Assembly (NCBI GenBank): GCA_018654745.1
Contig: JABILA010000085.1
Location: 74,191-138,190 of the forward strand
Reading direction: 5' to 3'
DNA from: Alphaproteobacteria bacterium
GTDB taxonomy: Bacteria > Pseudomonadota > Alphaproteobacteria > UBA2966
Length of the DNA stretch: 64,000 nucleotides
The position numbers and the translations under genes are program-made. Positions 43,349 to 53,348 of this stretch are shown here, in pieces. The notes under the pieces were generated by a model. It was not told the DNA's origin, made no database searches, and saw nothing but the letters and a program-made list of their open reading frames with translations. Within the stretch, counting starts at the first letter, position 1. Every line of letters starts with the position of its first letter.

Positions 43349-44326
43349 CTACCAGTTCATCGACAGCAACAGCTTCCCGGCGATCTGGCGGCTTTCCATC
43401 TGGCGGTGCATGTCGCGCACGTTATCCAGGGGAATGGCGTTGACGATGGGGATGTTAAGCCAGCCTTCCTGGATGCCCTGCACGGTATAATCCAGCCCCC
43501 GCTTCCACAATCGCGCATCCGGTATGACATGGGTGATGGAAAAACGGGTGAAGGAGATGGACCTTGGCAAAATACGGTCGCGCAGATTATCGAAGGGTTT
43601 GCCTTCGGCTTCGCCAATATTGATCACGTGGCCCAACAGGCGCACGGCATCGAAGGTCCGGTCCAGCATCGTTGCACCGATTGAATCGAGCGCCAGATCA
43701 GCCCCCCTGCCATCGGTGCGTTCCATCACAACCTCGACGAAGTCTTCGTCCTTATTGTTGACCACAACTTCCGCCCCATAGGCCAGGGCCTTTTGTTCCT
43801 TGCCGCGCGTCCCCACAGTGCCGATGACCCGCGCCCCGGCCTTGACCGCAAGCTGGATCGCCAGCAAGCCGACACCACCACCTGCCGCATGAACCAAAAC
43901 AACATCGTCTTTTTTCAGACGGTAAACTGTGTGCAGCATATGGTAGGCGGTCAAAGCCTGTATCTGGAACGCCGCACCAACATCCATCGCTATATCGTCG
44001 GGTAGTTTGTAGACCGTGGCGGCGGGTGCCAGGCACTTTTGCGCGTAACCACCAAGCGGCGGAATCGCCACAACCCGGTCTCCGGCGGAAAGGCCGGACA
44101 CAGCGTCTCCGGTGGCCAGAACCTTACCGGAAACTTCAAATCCGGGGACGCAAGGATATTCCGGCGGATGGGGATAAATACCGCTGCGCACCTGGGTATC
44201 GGCCCAGTTGCAACCGGCATAGGCAACTTCGATCAGGACATCTTCCGGTCCGGGCTGTGGGTCAGGCACATCCTTTATGACCAAGGCATCAAGATCACCT
44301 GGTGCATCAACAAAAACAGCGCGCAT
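43349..44326 (-). CDS. NADPH:quinone oxidoreductase / zinc-type medium-chain dehydrogenase family
   Basis: 325 aa with GGVGLLAIQLAVKAGARVIGT Rossmann motif on an MDR fold. Confidence 0.8.
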   Translation of the reverse strand: MRAVFVDAPGDLDALVIKDVPDPQPGPEDVLIEVAYAGCNWADTQVRSGIYPHPPEYPCVPGFEVSGKVLATGDAVSGLSAGDRVVAIPPLGGYAQKCLAPAATVYKLPDDIAMDVGAAFQIQALTAYHMLHTVYRLKKDDVVLVHAAGGGVGLLAIQLAVKAGARVIGTVGTRGKEQKALAYGAEVVVNNKDEDFVEVVMERTDGRGADLALDSIGATMLDRTFDAVRLLGHVINIGEAEGKPFDNLRDRILPRSISFTRFSITHVIPDARLWKRGLDYTVQGIQEGWLNIPIVNAIPLDNVRDMHRQMESRQIAGKLLLSMNW

Positions 44327-44494
44327 GTTTCATTTCCCCCTGTAGCGATATCGGTTTTAACCGATTCGCATCGTCTCATATCTTCATTGCATTGCAACCT
44401 GGCACAGTCCTCAGGTGTTTCAACTAAAGTTGAGAACACCCTGGTGTATCTTTACATCATAAGCTCACAACCAGGCTTCAACCAAACAACACTT

Positions 44495-45322
44495 TCAGGC
44501 TGACAGACTTTGGCGGATATTATCCAGCACGCCTTCCTCGTCCGAGGCGATAACGGTTTCACCGATCAAACGGTTCCAGTAGGTTTCCGAACCAAAGGCT
44601 GTTCGCCCTTGTTGAATGCGACGGGTGAACAATTGCAGATCATATTCTTCCGTCGCCCCGATGGCCCCGTGCACCGCATGGGCATGGGCACTGACCAAAG
44701 CCGCTGCATCACTGGTCCTTGATTTGGCCAGCGCTGCCAGCAATGGATCAGGCATCCAGCCATCAGAGGCAAAGCCGATTTCCGCCGCCATTTTCGCGGC
44801 GAAGGTTTGTTCCGCCATAATGCTGAGCAATTGTTGAACGGCCTGAAACTTGCCAATCGGACGCCCGAACTGGGTTCTGTCATTGGCGAATTCGACGGTG
44901 ATTTCAAATGCCCGTTCCAGGGCACCGACCAACAAACCTGCTGCGACCAGGGCACCTGTTGAACGTCTGACTTCCGGTGTTTCAAAGGGAATATCATCGG
45001 ACCACAGGATCGGGCCTTTGGGTGCCTCTTGCCCGGCGGCGGCATAGGCTGCCCTGGCCACCATGGTTTCCGCCATGGGGACCGGCAAGGCGTAGCGGCC
45101 ACATAGAAGCACAAGGGGAAAGACATCCCTTAAAGCCAGGTCTGCACCACCCTTGTCTTCAGAAATCAGGGCATCCGCAAATCCGGACTGTTCAATTTCT
45201 TCCCACAAGCTATCGGGGCTGGCACCATTTTCGATTTCGCGTACATGGGCCGGTGTGCAATGCGTTTGCAAAAGCCGTTCGAAGGCATTGGCGAGCAAAT
45301 CATCTGTCATCATCTGTTCCAT
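44495..45322 (-). CDS. Acyl-CoA dehydrogenase-like protein lacking the middle beta-domain (beta subunit of a heteromeric ACAD)
   Basis: 275 aa. It has only the ACAD N- and C-terminal helical domains. It sits 11 nt downstream of a full-length ACAD. Confidence 0.6.
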   Translation of the reverse strand: MEQMMTDDLLANAFERLLQTHCTPAHVREIENGASPDSLWEEIEQSGFADALISEDKGGADLALRDVFPLVLLCGRYALPVPMAETMVARAAYAAAGQEAPKGPILWSDDIPFETPEVRRSTGALVAAGLLVGALERAFEITVEFANDRTQFGRPIGKFQAVQQLLSIMAEQTFAAKMAAEIGFASDGWMPDPLLAALAKSRTSDAAALVSAHAHAVHGAIGATEEYDLQLFTRRIQQGRTAFGSETYWNRLIGETVIASDEEGVLDNIRQSLSA

Positions 45323-45333
45323 ATTTCCAGGCC

Positions 45334-46485
45334 TTACCTTAACCCTAAGCCACGGGCGATGATGCCGCGCAGGATTTCACGGGTGCCGCCACGCAAGGAA
45401 AATGTCGGCGACATCAGGGTCACATATTCCAGGGTCCTCAATAATTCATCCGGCACAGGCGCATCCGGCTCACTTGCCAGGGCATCTGCGATCAGGGTGG
45501 GTATAGCCTGTTCAACTTCCGTCCCCATATCCTTGACCAAAGCGGCTTCTGTGGCTGGACTTAAGCCTTTTGTCAGTTGGTCGGTGATGGCCAGCGACAT
45601 GGCCCGCAGCACCGCCAGATGGGTGGCGAATTTGCCGATCAGAACTGTTGAGGCCTCACTGATCACGGGTCTGGATTTAAGGTAGTCCAGCCAGCCATCG
45701 AGCAACTGAATGCTGGAATATATGCGTTCAGGCCCACTGCGTTCGAACGCCAGTTCCGAGGTAACCTGTTGCCAACCCTGACCTTCGGTTCCGACCAGGG
45801 CATCTTCGGCCAAAACAACATCATCAAAGAAGACTTCGTTGAAATGACTGTCGCCACTCATATCCTTGATGGGTCGCACATCGATGCCCGGCAAGGACAT
45901 ATCAATAATGATCTGGGACAACCCTTTGTTGCGATCTTCCGGCTCCCCCGAGGTGCGCACAAGGGCCACCATATATTGGGAAATATTTGCGCCGGACGTC
46001 CAGATTTTCTGACCGTTCAGCAACCAGCCGTTATCGGTTTTGACAGCGCGCGTGCGCACACTGGCGAGATCCGATCCGGCAGTAGGCTCACTCATGCCAA
46101 TGCAGAAAAAGGCTTCGCCCTTGCAGATTTTGGGCAAATAGAAATCCTTCTGCGCATCCGTGCCATATTTCAGGATCAAGGGGCCGCTTTGGCGATCGGC
46201 AATCCAGTGGGCATAAACCGGCGCACCGGCATTCAGCAATTCCTCAACCAGCACAAACCTTGCATAGGGGCTGCGCCCGCCGCCGCCATATTCTTCCGGG
46301 AAGGTAATTCCAACCCAGCCTTTGGCCGCCAGCTTTCGGCTGAAATCAGCATCGAGGCCGACCCACGACCGGGCCAGCACATCGCGTGGCCGCCCTTTCA
46401 GGGCATCCTTGAGGAATGCCCGAACAGCCGGACGAAGGGCTTCGTCTTCAGGCGGGATCGAAACGAGGGGGAGAGAACCAAGCAT
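45334..46485 (-). CDS. Acyl-CoA dehydrogenase (alpha subunit)
   Basis: Full three-domain ACAD (CIGMSEPTAGSDLASV ...). The start was taken at MLGSLPL; an upstream ATG at 46548 is possible. Confidence 0.75.
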   Translation of the reverse strand: MLGSLPLVSIPPEDEALRPAVRAFLKDALKGRPRDVLARSWVGLDADFSRKLAAKGWVGITFPEEYGGGGRSPYARFVLVEELLNAGAPVYAHWIADRQSGPLILKYGTDAQKDFYLPKICKGEAFFCIGMSEPTAGSDLASVRTRAVKTDNGWLLNGQKIWTSGANISQYMVALVRTSGEPEDRNKGLSQIIIDMSLPGIDVRPIKDMSGDSHFNEVFFDDVVLAEDALVGTEGQGWQQVTSELAFERSGPERIYSSIQLLDGWLDYLKSRPVISEASTVLIGKFATHLAVLRAMSLAITDQLTKGLSPATEAALVKDMGTEVEQAIPTLIADALASEPDAPVPDELLRTLEYVTLMSPTFSLRGGTREILRGIIARGLGLR

Positions 46486-46653
46486 AAGGAAATCCGGTTG
46501 GGAAAGGGATGATAACTCAGGATAAATGATCAAACCTCGGGAGTGCAATGGGTGCAGTGCAATGCCTTGAATGCGTCAGCGTGATCACAGGAACCGGAAT
46601 GCGGGGATCAATCCAATTTCGTAACATACTATTTTTCAAGGACGGATAACTCA

Positions 46654-47361
46654 ATGACCCTCAAAGCCCCCATCGAGAAACTTGACTGGCCTGCCCTGAC
46701 AGAGGAACTGGTTACCTCAGGGTTTGCCAGCGCTGGTAAATTACTGGACACGCAGCAATGCACTGACCTGATCGAAGGTTATGACAGCGGCACCTATCGC
46801 AGCCACATACACATGGCGCGCTATAATTTTGGCCGGGGTGAATACAAGTATTTTGCCCGGCCCCTGCCTGACCTGGTGCAGAACCTGCGCCGCAATCTTT
46901 ATGAAAAACTGGTCCCGGCAGCGAACCTCTGGGCCCAACGGCTGAACATGCCGCGCCAGAATTACCCGGACAGCCATGAAGCCTGGTTGCAGCAATGTCA
47001 CGACGCCGGGCAGACCCGGCCCACGCCCCTAGTCCTGAGATACGAGGCCGGAGATTACAATTGCCTGCATCAGGATTTGTACGGCGATATCTGGTTTCCC
47101 TTCCAGGTCGTGTTTATGTTGAATACACCGGGTAAGGATTTTACCGGCGGTGAATTTGTTCTCACGGAAACCCGGCCCCGCATGCAATCCATCGCAAATG
47201 TGATCCCCCTTCAACTGGGCGAAGCGGCCATATTTGCCGTAAACTATTGTCCAGGGAAATCAGTTCGAGGATACAGCCGCACAAGTTTGCGCCACGGCGT
47301 CAGCAAGGTCAGAAGCGGCCACCGTCACACTATGGGACTGATTTTCCACGACGCTAAATAG
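46654..47361 (+). CDS. 2OG-Fe(II) oxygenase superfamily protein (putative)
   Basis: 235 aa. LHQD (HxD) and a distal His in a predicted jelly-roll region (FTGGEFVLTE). Family-level call only. Confidence 0.5.
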   Translation: MTLKAPIEKLDWPALTEELVTSGFASAGKLLDTQQCTDLIEGYDSGTYRSHIHMARYNFGRGEYKYFARPLPDLVQNLRRNLYEKLVPAANLWAQRLNMPRQNYPDSHEAWLQQCHDAGQTRPTPLVLRYEAGDYNCLHQDLYGDIWFPFQVVFMLNTPGKDFTGGEFVLTETRPRMQSIANVIPLQLGEAAIFAVNYCPGKSVRGYSRTSLRHGVSKVRSGHRHTMGLIFHDAK

Positions 47362-47454
47362 GCCCCTATCAAGACCAGGCAGGGAAAACCCTGGCCTGAG
47401 TTACAGTTGATCAATGACGTGCTAAAATGGGTCAACCCGAACCGGAGACCTTTC

Positions 47455-48714
47455 ATGTCTGACGCCTATATCATTGCTGCTTTCTCGACACCCTTTGCCA
47501 AAATGCCGGATACATCTTTCAAGGACCTGACCCGTCAGGCCTATATGGGATTGCTGGCGGATGCCGAACTGACCGACGGTCGGGACATCGAACAGGCCTG
47601 GTTTGGCAATTGCGGCATGGGCACATTTGGCCAGGCCTGCATCCGGGGTCAGGTTTGTTTCACGCCGCTGGTACAGGAGGGCCTGTTCCCGGAACGCGTG
47701 CCGGTGATCAATGTGGAAGGCGGTTGTGCCACAGCCTCCATGGCTTTTCACGGTGCGTGGAAGGATGTGATATCGGGGCAATCAGAATTGTCGCTGGCCA
47801 TCGGCGTTGAAAAAACCTTCATCCGGGATGACCCGGCGAAGATCCAGGAAATCTTCGATGGTGGCATCGACCAGCTCGACCCACAGGAATGGAAAGACTA
47901 TTACACTGCCGCCGGCGAAAAATCGGGCAAGCCATTTGATATGGAAAATAAAAAGGGCACCGTCTTCATGGATACCTATGCCATGCAGGCGGCCTACCAT
48001 ATGAAAAAATATGGCACCACCCAGGCCCAGATCGCTGCCGGGGCATCCAAAAACCATTATCACGGCAGTCTCAACCCAAAAGCCCAATATCGCTTTGAAG
48101 TCAGTGAAGAAGAAGTCTTGAAGGACCGGGAAATCAGTTATCCCCTGACCCGCTCCATGTGTGCGCCCATCGGTGATGGCGCTGCAGCGGCCCTGATTTG
48201 TTCCGAGGCCTATCTGGCAACCTTGGCGGAAAGCGTGCGCGCCCGTGCCATCAAAATCCGGGCCAGCGTTTTATCCGGCGGTAAATATCGTGACCTCGAT
48301 GAACCTGGCCTCAGTTCCGTTGCCGTGCAAAAAGCCTATGCACGATCTGGCTTGTCGCCCGACGATATTGATGTTGTTGAATTGCATGACGCCACGTCAT
48401 TTTGCGAAATCTACCAGGTTGAAATGCTGGGATTTTGCCCCGAAGGAGAAGGCGGAAAATATGTAGCCTCCGGGGCCACCAAACTGGGCGGCGAACGACC
48501 GGTTAACCTGTCCGGCGGCCTGGTCTCCAAGGGACATCCGGTTGGTGCCACCGGATTGTCGATGATCGACGAACTTGTCTCTCAGTTACGAGGTGAAGCC
48601 GGTGATCGCCAGGCGAAAGGTGCGAAAATTGCGCTGGCCGAAAATGGTGGTGGGGTGATCGGTTTTGATGAAGCTGCCTGTTCGATCATTATTCTCGAAG
48701 GACAGGCCAGCTGA
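47455..48714 (+). CDS. Thiolase-like protein (SCP-x / nonspecific lipid-transfer thiolase family)
   Basis: GGAGA RBS. Thiolase fold with Cys in NVEGGCATASMAF, and a C-terminal GHPVGATG motif. Confidence 0.7.
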   Translation: MSDAYIIAAFSTPFAKMPDTSFKDLTRQAYMGLLADAELTDGRDIEQAWFGNCGMGTFGQACIRGQVCFTPLVQEGLFPERVPVINVEGGCATASMAFHGAWKDVISGQSELSLAIGVEKTFIRDDPAKIQEIFDGGIDQLDPQEWKDYYTAAGEKSGKPFDMENKKGTVFMDTYAMQAAYHMKKYGTTQAQIAAGASKNHYHGSLNPKAQYRFEVSEEEVLKDREISYPLTRSMCAPIGDGAAAALICSEAYLATLAESVRARAIKIRASVLSGGKYRDLDEPGLSSVAVQKAYARSGLSPDDIDVVELHDATSFCEIYQVEMLGFCPEGEGGKYVASGATKLGGERPVNLSGGLVSKGHPVGATGLSMIDELVSQLRGEAGDRQAKGAKIALAENGGGVIGFDEAACSIIILEGQAS

Positions 48715-48818
48715 CCGGTTTTTTGCCTGGATAATCGCGTTAAAAGACCCGGAATGCGAACAAATGTCCGCCAAATGAGAAGAAATGTCCGCTAAATGCC
48801 CCTCATTTTAGGGACTGA

Positions 48819-49541
48819 TCAGTCCTGAAATTCTGCCGCCAAAGCTGCGACAGCGGCATCAATAATTTCCTGCCCTACCCCCGCACTGGCCAGTGCCGAA
48901 TGTGATCCGACCCGACCATCCGGGAATTGTGCCCGGTGTTCGTCTGGTGGTCCATGGCGATCACCTGAGTGCTTCTTGATGTAGTCCGCCGTCAGTTTTT
49001 CCGGCGGTTGTTCCGCGTCCCCCGCTGGTAAAGTCCGGTGCGTTGCCTGGGTTATCGCAACCTCGGACGGCGTTGCATGCATGCCTTCCCAGTCACCGTA
49101 ATTTTCATCACGTAACACATTCACCGCATCAAAATCCCACCAGCTTTTGATACGAATTTTCACCTCAGGAAAGCCTGTGGCAACGCGTTTCAAAGGTTCC
49201 AGATTGGCCCCGTGACCGTTCAGAAAATAGATATTCCCAAATCCGTGATGCACCAGCCCGGCCACGATTTCCGTGACCAGAGATTCAAATACAGATACCG
49301 AAATCGAGACCGTTCCCGGGAACGACATATTGAACGGCGCTGGCGTATAAGCCAGTACAGGTGCCACATAAACGCCAGCCACATCACCAGCCTGACGGGC
49401 GATTTCCTCGGCGCAAAGTGCGTCCGTGCCGATCAGTCCCATGGGGCCGTGCTGTTCCGTTGAACCGGTGGGAATGATGATGTGATCTGACTGTTTCAGA
49501 TAAGCATCGACCTCCTGCCAGGTTGCAAGATCAAGCCTCAT
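48819..49541 (-). CDS. Creatininase (creatinine amidohydrolase) family protein
   Basis: 240 aa with IIPTGSTEQHGPMGLIGTDALCAEEIAR and a GHGAN motif. Its start overlaps the GST stop. Confidence 0.8.
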   Translation of the reverse strand: MRLDLATWQEVDAYLKQSDHIIIPTGSTEQHGPMGLIGTDALCAEEIARQAGDVAGVYVAPVLAYTPAPFNMSFPGTVSISVSVFESLVTEIVAGLVHHGFGNIYFLNGHGANLEPLKRVATGFPEVKIRIKSWWDFDAVNVLRDENYGDWEGMHATPSEVAITQATHRTLPAGDAEQPPEKLTADYIKKHSGDRHGPPDEHRAQFPDGRVGSHSALASAGVGQEIIDAAVAALAAEFQD

Positions 49542-50188
49542 AACGAAGCCAGATATGCGGCAAGCTTTGGTTGGTAATCGTCAAGCTCGGCGGCGACAGC
49601 GGGAAAAGTTTCAATGATCCCGCGATAAGCCAGCACAGCATCCGGCCACGTAACCTGCAATCCCATAACCGGTGTCAAAGCATCTATCCAGGCAAAGGTT
49701 ATGGGAAAGCCACAATCCGCCAGGGTCAGATCGCTGTGTGGCCAGTCAGGTGCGACGAGATCATCGGCCAGCATGGCGGCAAGTTGTGCCAGACGTGTCG
49801 TCAGTTCCAGCGACTGGGTTTTCGCCAGTTCAACATCACGCAATGCAGGGTTCAATGTCGGGAAAAGCTTGCGCAGCGCCGGTTCCAGGCGGGTGTCATG
49901 AAACCTGCTGCGCTCACGTATCCTGGCCCGATCTGCGATATTGTCGGGCAACATGGCCGGGTCGGGGTGCTTGTCGTTGAGGTATTCTGCGATGGCCTCA
50001 CCGTCTGCCAGAAGCAAATCACCGTCACGCAAGGCCGGAAGATTTCCGGATGCCACGGTCTGTTTATATTCGTCAGAACCATAACCACCGGGCGGTGGTT
50101 GCTCCTGCCAGGCAAGGCCTTTATGGCGCAACAAGATGCGCAGCTTTGCGCAATAGAGACTGACGGGGATGGCGTAAATTTCAAGCAT
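49538..50188 (-). CDS. Glutathione S-transferase family protein
   Basis: GST N-terminal thioredoxin-like domain (EIYAIPVSLYCAKLRILL) plus a C-terminal helical domain. Confidence 0.75.
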   Translation of the reverse strand: MLEIYAIPVSLYCAKLRILLRHKGLAWQEQPPPGGYGSDEYKQTVASGNLPALRDGDLLLADGEAIAEYLNDKHPDPAMLPDNIADRARIRERSRFHDTRLEPALRKLFPTLNPALRDVELAKTQSLELTTRLAQLAAMLADDLVAPDWPHSDLTLADCGFPITFAWIDALTPVMGLQVTWPDAVLAYRGIIETFPAVAAELDDYQPKLAAYLASL

Positions 50189-50189
50189 C

Positions 50190-50217
50190 AAAAAAGCGGG
50201 GCATCGAAATGCCCCGC
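50190..50217 (-). terminator. Rho-independent terminator (9-bp GC-rich stem GCGGGGCAU, 4-nt loop, U6) downstream of the amino-acid-binding protein gene
   Basis: Plus strand reads AAAAAAGCGGGGCATCGAAATGCCCCGC. On the minus transcript the hairpin is followed by UUUUUU. It lies immediately upstream of the GST start. Confidence 0.6.
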
Positions 50218-50265
50218 CCTCTCTGAAATCAGGGACAATATGACTTCGATTATACCGAAATCACT

Positions 50266-51054
50266 CTAGTTCTGTAACTTCCACTTGCGGCCAAGTTTGG
50301 CAAAGAAACCACGCTCGGTTTTCAGGCCAATCCAGGTGTTGACGTAGTTGATCCAGACCTGATCAGACTGAGGCAACAACATCGCAATTGGTGTCCGGGC
50401 CTTGGGTGCCGATACCGGCACAACCATCATCTGGGGGTATTTTTCCACCAGCTTGTAAGCTTCAACATTTGAAGTGATGTGGGCATCTGCGCGACCTGCC
50501 AAAACTTCCTGGAAGTCACGAGCCGGGGCTTCAACGATTTTGTGGGATGCGTTGGGGAAAAACAATTTAACCTGTTTTTCCTGGGTCGTACCCAGTGTGG
50601 CAGCAACGGTAACGCCTGCCTTGTTCAGGTCTGCCCAGTCTTTGTATTTGTCGGCGTTTTTGGCCAATGTCAGTGGCACAGTTGCCAGTGAGAAATAGCT
50701 GACAGAATAACCGGTCGCCTTGGCACGTGCCGGTGACACAGAAGCCGAACCTGTCATGTGGTACTTGCCGGATGTCACGCCACTGACCAGGGTTTTCCAG
50801 TCCGTCGGCACGAATTCGACCTTGACCCCAAGGTCCTTCGCCAGTTCGGTCATGACATCAATATCGTAACCGGTATAGGAATTTGTGGCCGGATTTTTCA
50901 TGGTCATCGGGTTCCAGTCACCCGTCGTTCCGACCTTGAGAGTGCCGCCATTCAGAATATCCTGCAGCGCAGATGCAGCCAGCGTTTGGGTTGCAGTTGC
51001 CAGCATCAAGCCTGCCGCTGCTACGGAAACTGCTGCGATTTTGGTAAATTTCAT
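50266..51054 (-). CDS. Polar amino acid ABC transporter substrate-binding protein (family 3)
   Basis: Signal peptide ending ...ATQTLAASA, followed by an SBP_bac_3 fold. Confidence 0.8.
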   Translation of the reverse strand: MKFTKIAAVSVAAAGLMLATATQTLAASALQDILNGGTLKVGTTGDWNPMTMKNPATNSYTGYDIDVMTELAKDLGVKVEFVPTDWKTLVSGVTSGKYHMTGSASVSPARAKATGYSVSYFSLATVPLTLAKNADKYKDWADLNKAGVTVAATLGTTQEKQVKLFFPNASHKIVEAPARDFQEVLAGRADAHITSNVEAYKLVEKYPQMMVVPVSAPKARTPIAMLLPQSDQVWINYVNTWIGLKTERGFFAKLGRKWKLQN

Positions 51055-51186
51055 TATTTTGCCTCCCTTTAATTTTTCTAATTCTTATCATTACTTGCAA
51101 ATCGATGAATTGCAACACATTATATATGTTGCATGGCATGCAACATTGTATCCGAAACCTGCGCGAGCGAGATATCAGGGGGAATT

Positions 51187-51939
51187 ATGCAGTCGAGTGA
51201 AGCGGAAACGATTATCCGGGTTGAGAACGTCTCCAAGAATTTTGGTGACTTTCAGGCGCTGAAAAGCGTTTCCCTGGATGTATCCCTGGGCGAGCGGGTT
51301 GTTATCTGCGGCCCTTCGGGTTCAGGAAAATCGACCTTGATCCGATGTATCAACGGTCTGGAAGAACACGAATCTGGCGATATTGTTGTCGATGGCGTGA
51401 CCCTGAGCCAGAGCGCTACCAGCCTCAGGGATATCAAGGCCCGTGTGGGTATGGTGTTCCAGCAGTTTAACCTGTTTCCGCATTTGACCGTTCTTGAAAA
51501 TCTGACCCTTGGTCCGATCCGGGCCCGGAAAATGTCAAAACCCGATGCTGACGCCCTGGCCATGAAATATCTCGAGCGCGTGCGTATTCCGGAACAAGCC
51601 GCAAAATATCCACCGCAGTTATCGGGCGGTCAACAACAGCGCGTTGCCATCGCCCGGTCCTTGTGCATGGAACCAAAGATCATGCTGTTTGACGAGCCTA
51701 CATCTGCCCTGGATCCGGAAATGATCAACGAAGTTCTGGAGGTCATGGCGGAACTGGCAACCAGCGGGATGACAATGATTTGCGTTACCCATGAGACCGG
51801 ATTTGCCCGCAGGGTTGCCGATAAAATGGTTTTTATGGATTACGGCGAAATCGTTGAAATGGCTGAGCCGGAAAAGTTCTTCACGTCGCCGGACAGTCAA
51901 CGCTGTCGTGACTTCCTCGACAAAATCTTACATCACTAG
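51187..51939 (+). CDS. Polar amino acid ABC transporter ATP-binding protein
   Basis: Walker A GPSGSGKST, signature LSGGQQQRVAIARSL and Walker B MLFDEPTSALD. GGGGGA RBS. Confidence 0.85.
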   Translation: MQSSEAETIIRVENVSKNFGDFQALKSVSLDVSLGERVVICGPSGSGKSTLIRCINGLEEHESGDIVVDGVTLSQSATSLRDIKARVGMVFQQFNLFPHLTVLENLTLGPIRARKMSKPDADALAMKYLERVRIPEQAAKYPPQLSGGQQQRVAIARSLCMEPKIMLFDEPTSALDPEMINEVLEVMAELATSGMTMICVTHETGFARRVADKMVFMDYGEIVEMAEPEKFFTSPDSQRCRDFLDKILHH

Positions 51940-51948
51940 GGGGTGGGT

Positions 51949-52689
51949 ATGAACAAATTAATCATAAGCGCCGCCCTTGTCCTGCTACTTGCCGGCTGCT
52001 CCGGTAACTGGGGCTGGTATGTGGTCAATCCCACCACCGAAGGCGGCATGATCAATCTGAAGTTTCTGATTAGCGGCCTTTATTATACGATACTGTTATC
52101 TGTGACGGCGATTTCAATCTCGATCGTTGTCGGCCTGATCATCGCCCTGCCCGCCCTGTCCAAAAATCGCTATATGCGCGGCATCAACAGATTTTATGTC
52201 GAGATCGTGCGCGCCGTGCCGATCCTGGTGCTGATCCTTTGGGTCTATTACGGCATGCCGCAGCTTGCGGGTATTGCGATCAATGTTTTCTGGGCCGGTG
52301 TCATTGCCCTGGCCCTGTCTGACAGCGCCTTTGAAGCAGAAATCTTCAGGGCCGGCATTCAGTCGGTGAACAAAGGCCAGTATGAGGCGGCCCACACGAT
52401 TTCGCTCAATTACCCGGACACCATGCGCTTTGTTATCTTGCCGCAAGCCATCCGCCGGGTGTTACCTGCTCTGGGAAACCAGCTGGTCTATATGTTGAAA
52501 ATGTCATCCCTGGTTTCGGTCATCGGCATGCAGGAATTAACCCGTAAAGCCAACGAATTGGTGGTCACAGAATACAGGCCGCTGGAGGTCTATACAATTC
52601 TGGTTCTTGAATATCTGGTTTTGATTTTGGTTGTTTCTGCCGGTGTTCGCTGGCTTGAGAATCGTATGAAGACCGACGAGCGCGGTTGA
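51949..52689 (+). CDS. Polar amino acid ABC transporter permease (His/Glu/Gln/Arg/opine family)
   Basis: 5-TM permease with an EAA-type loop (EAEIFRAGIQSV). Confidence 0.75.
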   Translation: MNKLIISAALVLLLAGCSGNWGWYVVNPTTEGGMINLKFLISGLYYTILLSVTAISISIVVGLIIALPALSKNRYMRGINRFYVEIVRAVPILVLILWVYYGMPQLAGIAINVFWAGVIALALSDSAFEAEIFRAGIQSVNKGQYEAAHTISLNYPDTMRFVILPQAIRRVLPALGNQLVYMLKMSSLVSVIGMQELTRKANELVVTEYRPLEVYTILVLEYLVLILVVSAGVRWLENRMKTDERG

Positions 52690-52702
52690 GGGAGTAGTCG
52701 TT

Positions 52703-53281
52703 ATGTCAGCCTGGATCAAAATGATTTCTGATGAGGACGCGAGCGAAGAATTGCTCGATGTGCTCAAGCTTTCGCGCACGCCACACGGCACCGTCGACAA
52801 TGTCATGCGGGTGCACTCCCTGCGTCCAAGCACTTTGCGCGGTCATGTTGTGTTGTATCGTGCGGCCCTGCATGACGAAGCCAATACGCTGCCAACATGG
52901 TTGCAGGAAACCATCAGCTCCTATGTGTCTATCCTCAATAACTGCGCCTATTCGCTTGCCAATCACTGGGCCAATGCGAGACATCTGATCGGCGACGAAG
53001 AACGTGCCGATAAAATTGAAAAAGCGCTGAACGACAGAAAACCTCAGGATGCTTTTGATGGAGCTGAACTTGGGTTGCTGCAATATACCGAAAAACTGAC
53101 GCTGAGCCCCGGCACCATGGTCGAAGCCGATGTTGAACAGTTGAAAGCCACAGGACTGGACGACGGCCAGATCCTCGAAGCCAACCAGATTATTTGTTAT
53201 TTCAACTATGTTAATCGCAGCCTGAATGGATTGGGCGTGTCGACGGATGGCGATATCGTCGGATACTACGCCAAAACTTGA
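52703..53281 (+). CDS. Carboxymuconolactone decarboxylase / AhpD-like peroxidase-related family protein (second copy)
   Basis: 192 aa. It shares the CxY-containing core region with 15341-15937. Confidence 0.7.
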   Translation: MSAWIKMISDEDASEELLDVLKLSRTPHGTVDNVMRVHSLRPSTLRGHVVLYRAALHDEANTLPTWLQETISSYVSILNNCAYSLANHWANARHLIGDEERADKIEKALNDRKPQDAFDGAELGLLQYTEKLTLSPGTMVEADVEQLKATGLDDGQILEANQIICYFNYVNRSLNGLGVSTDGDIVGYYAKT

Positions 53282-53304
53282 TATATTGCGTTACATGCAT
53301 TATT

Positions 53305-53319
53305 TTGCATTTAATGCAA
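53305..53319. promoter_or_regulatory. Palindrome TTGCATT-T-AATGCAA (with an adjacent ATGCAT) upstream of the 2OG-oxygenase/regulator putative operon
   Basis: Read from the sequence. It lies 30 bp upstream of the ATG at 53349. Confidence 0.35.
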
Positions 53320-53348
53320 TTTTTCTTGAGTGAACGGAGTTGATAAAT

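Noticed and set aside
44495-45322. Possible pseudogene (truncated ACAD)
   Set aside because: It has an intact reading frame with coherent N- and C-terminal ACAD domains and lies adjacent to a full-length ACAD. This matches known heteromeric beta subunits, so it is not a decay product.
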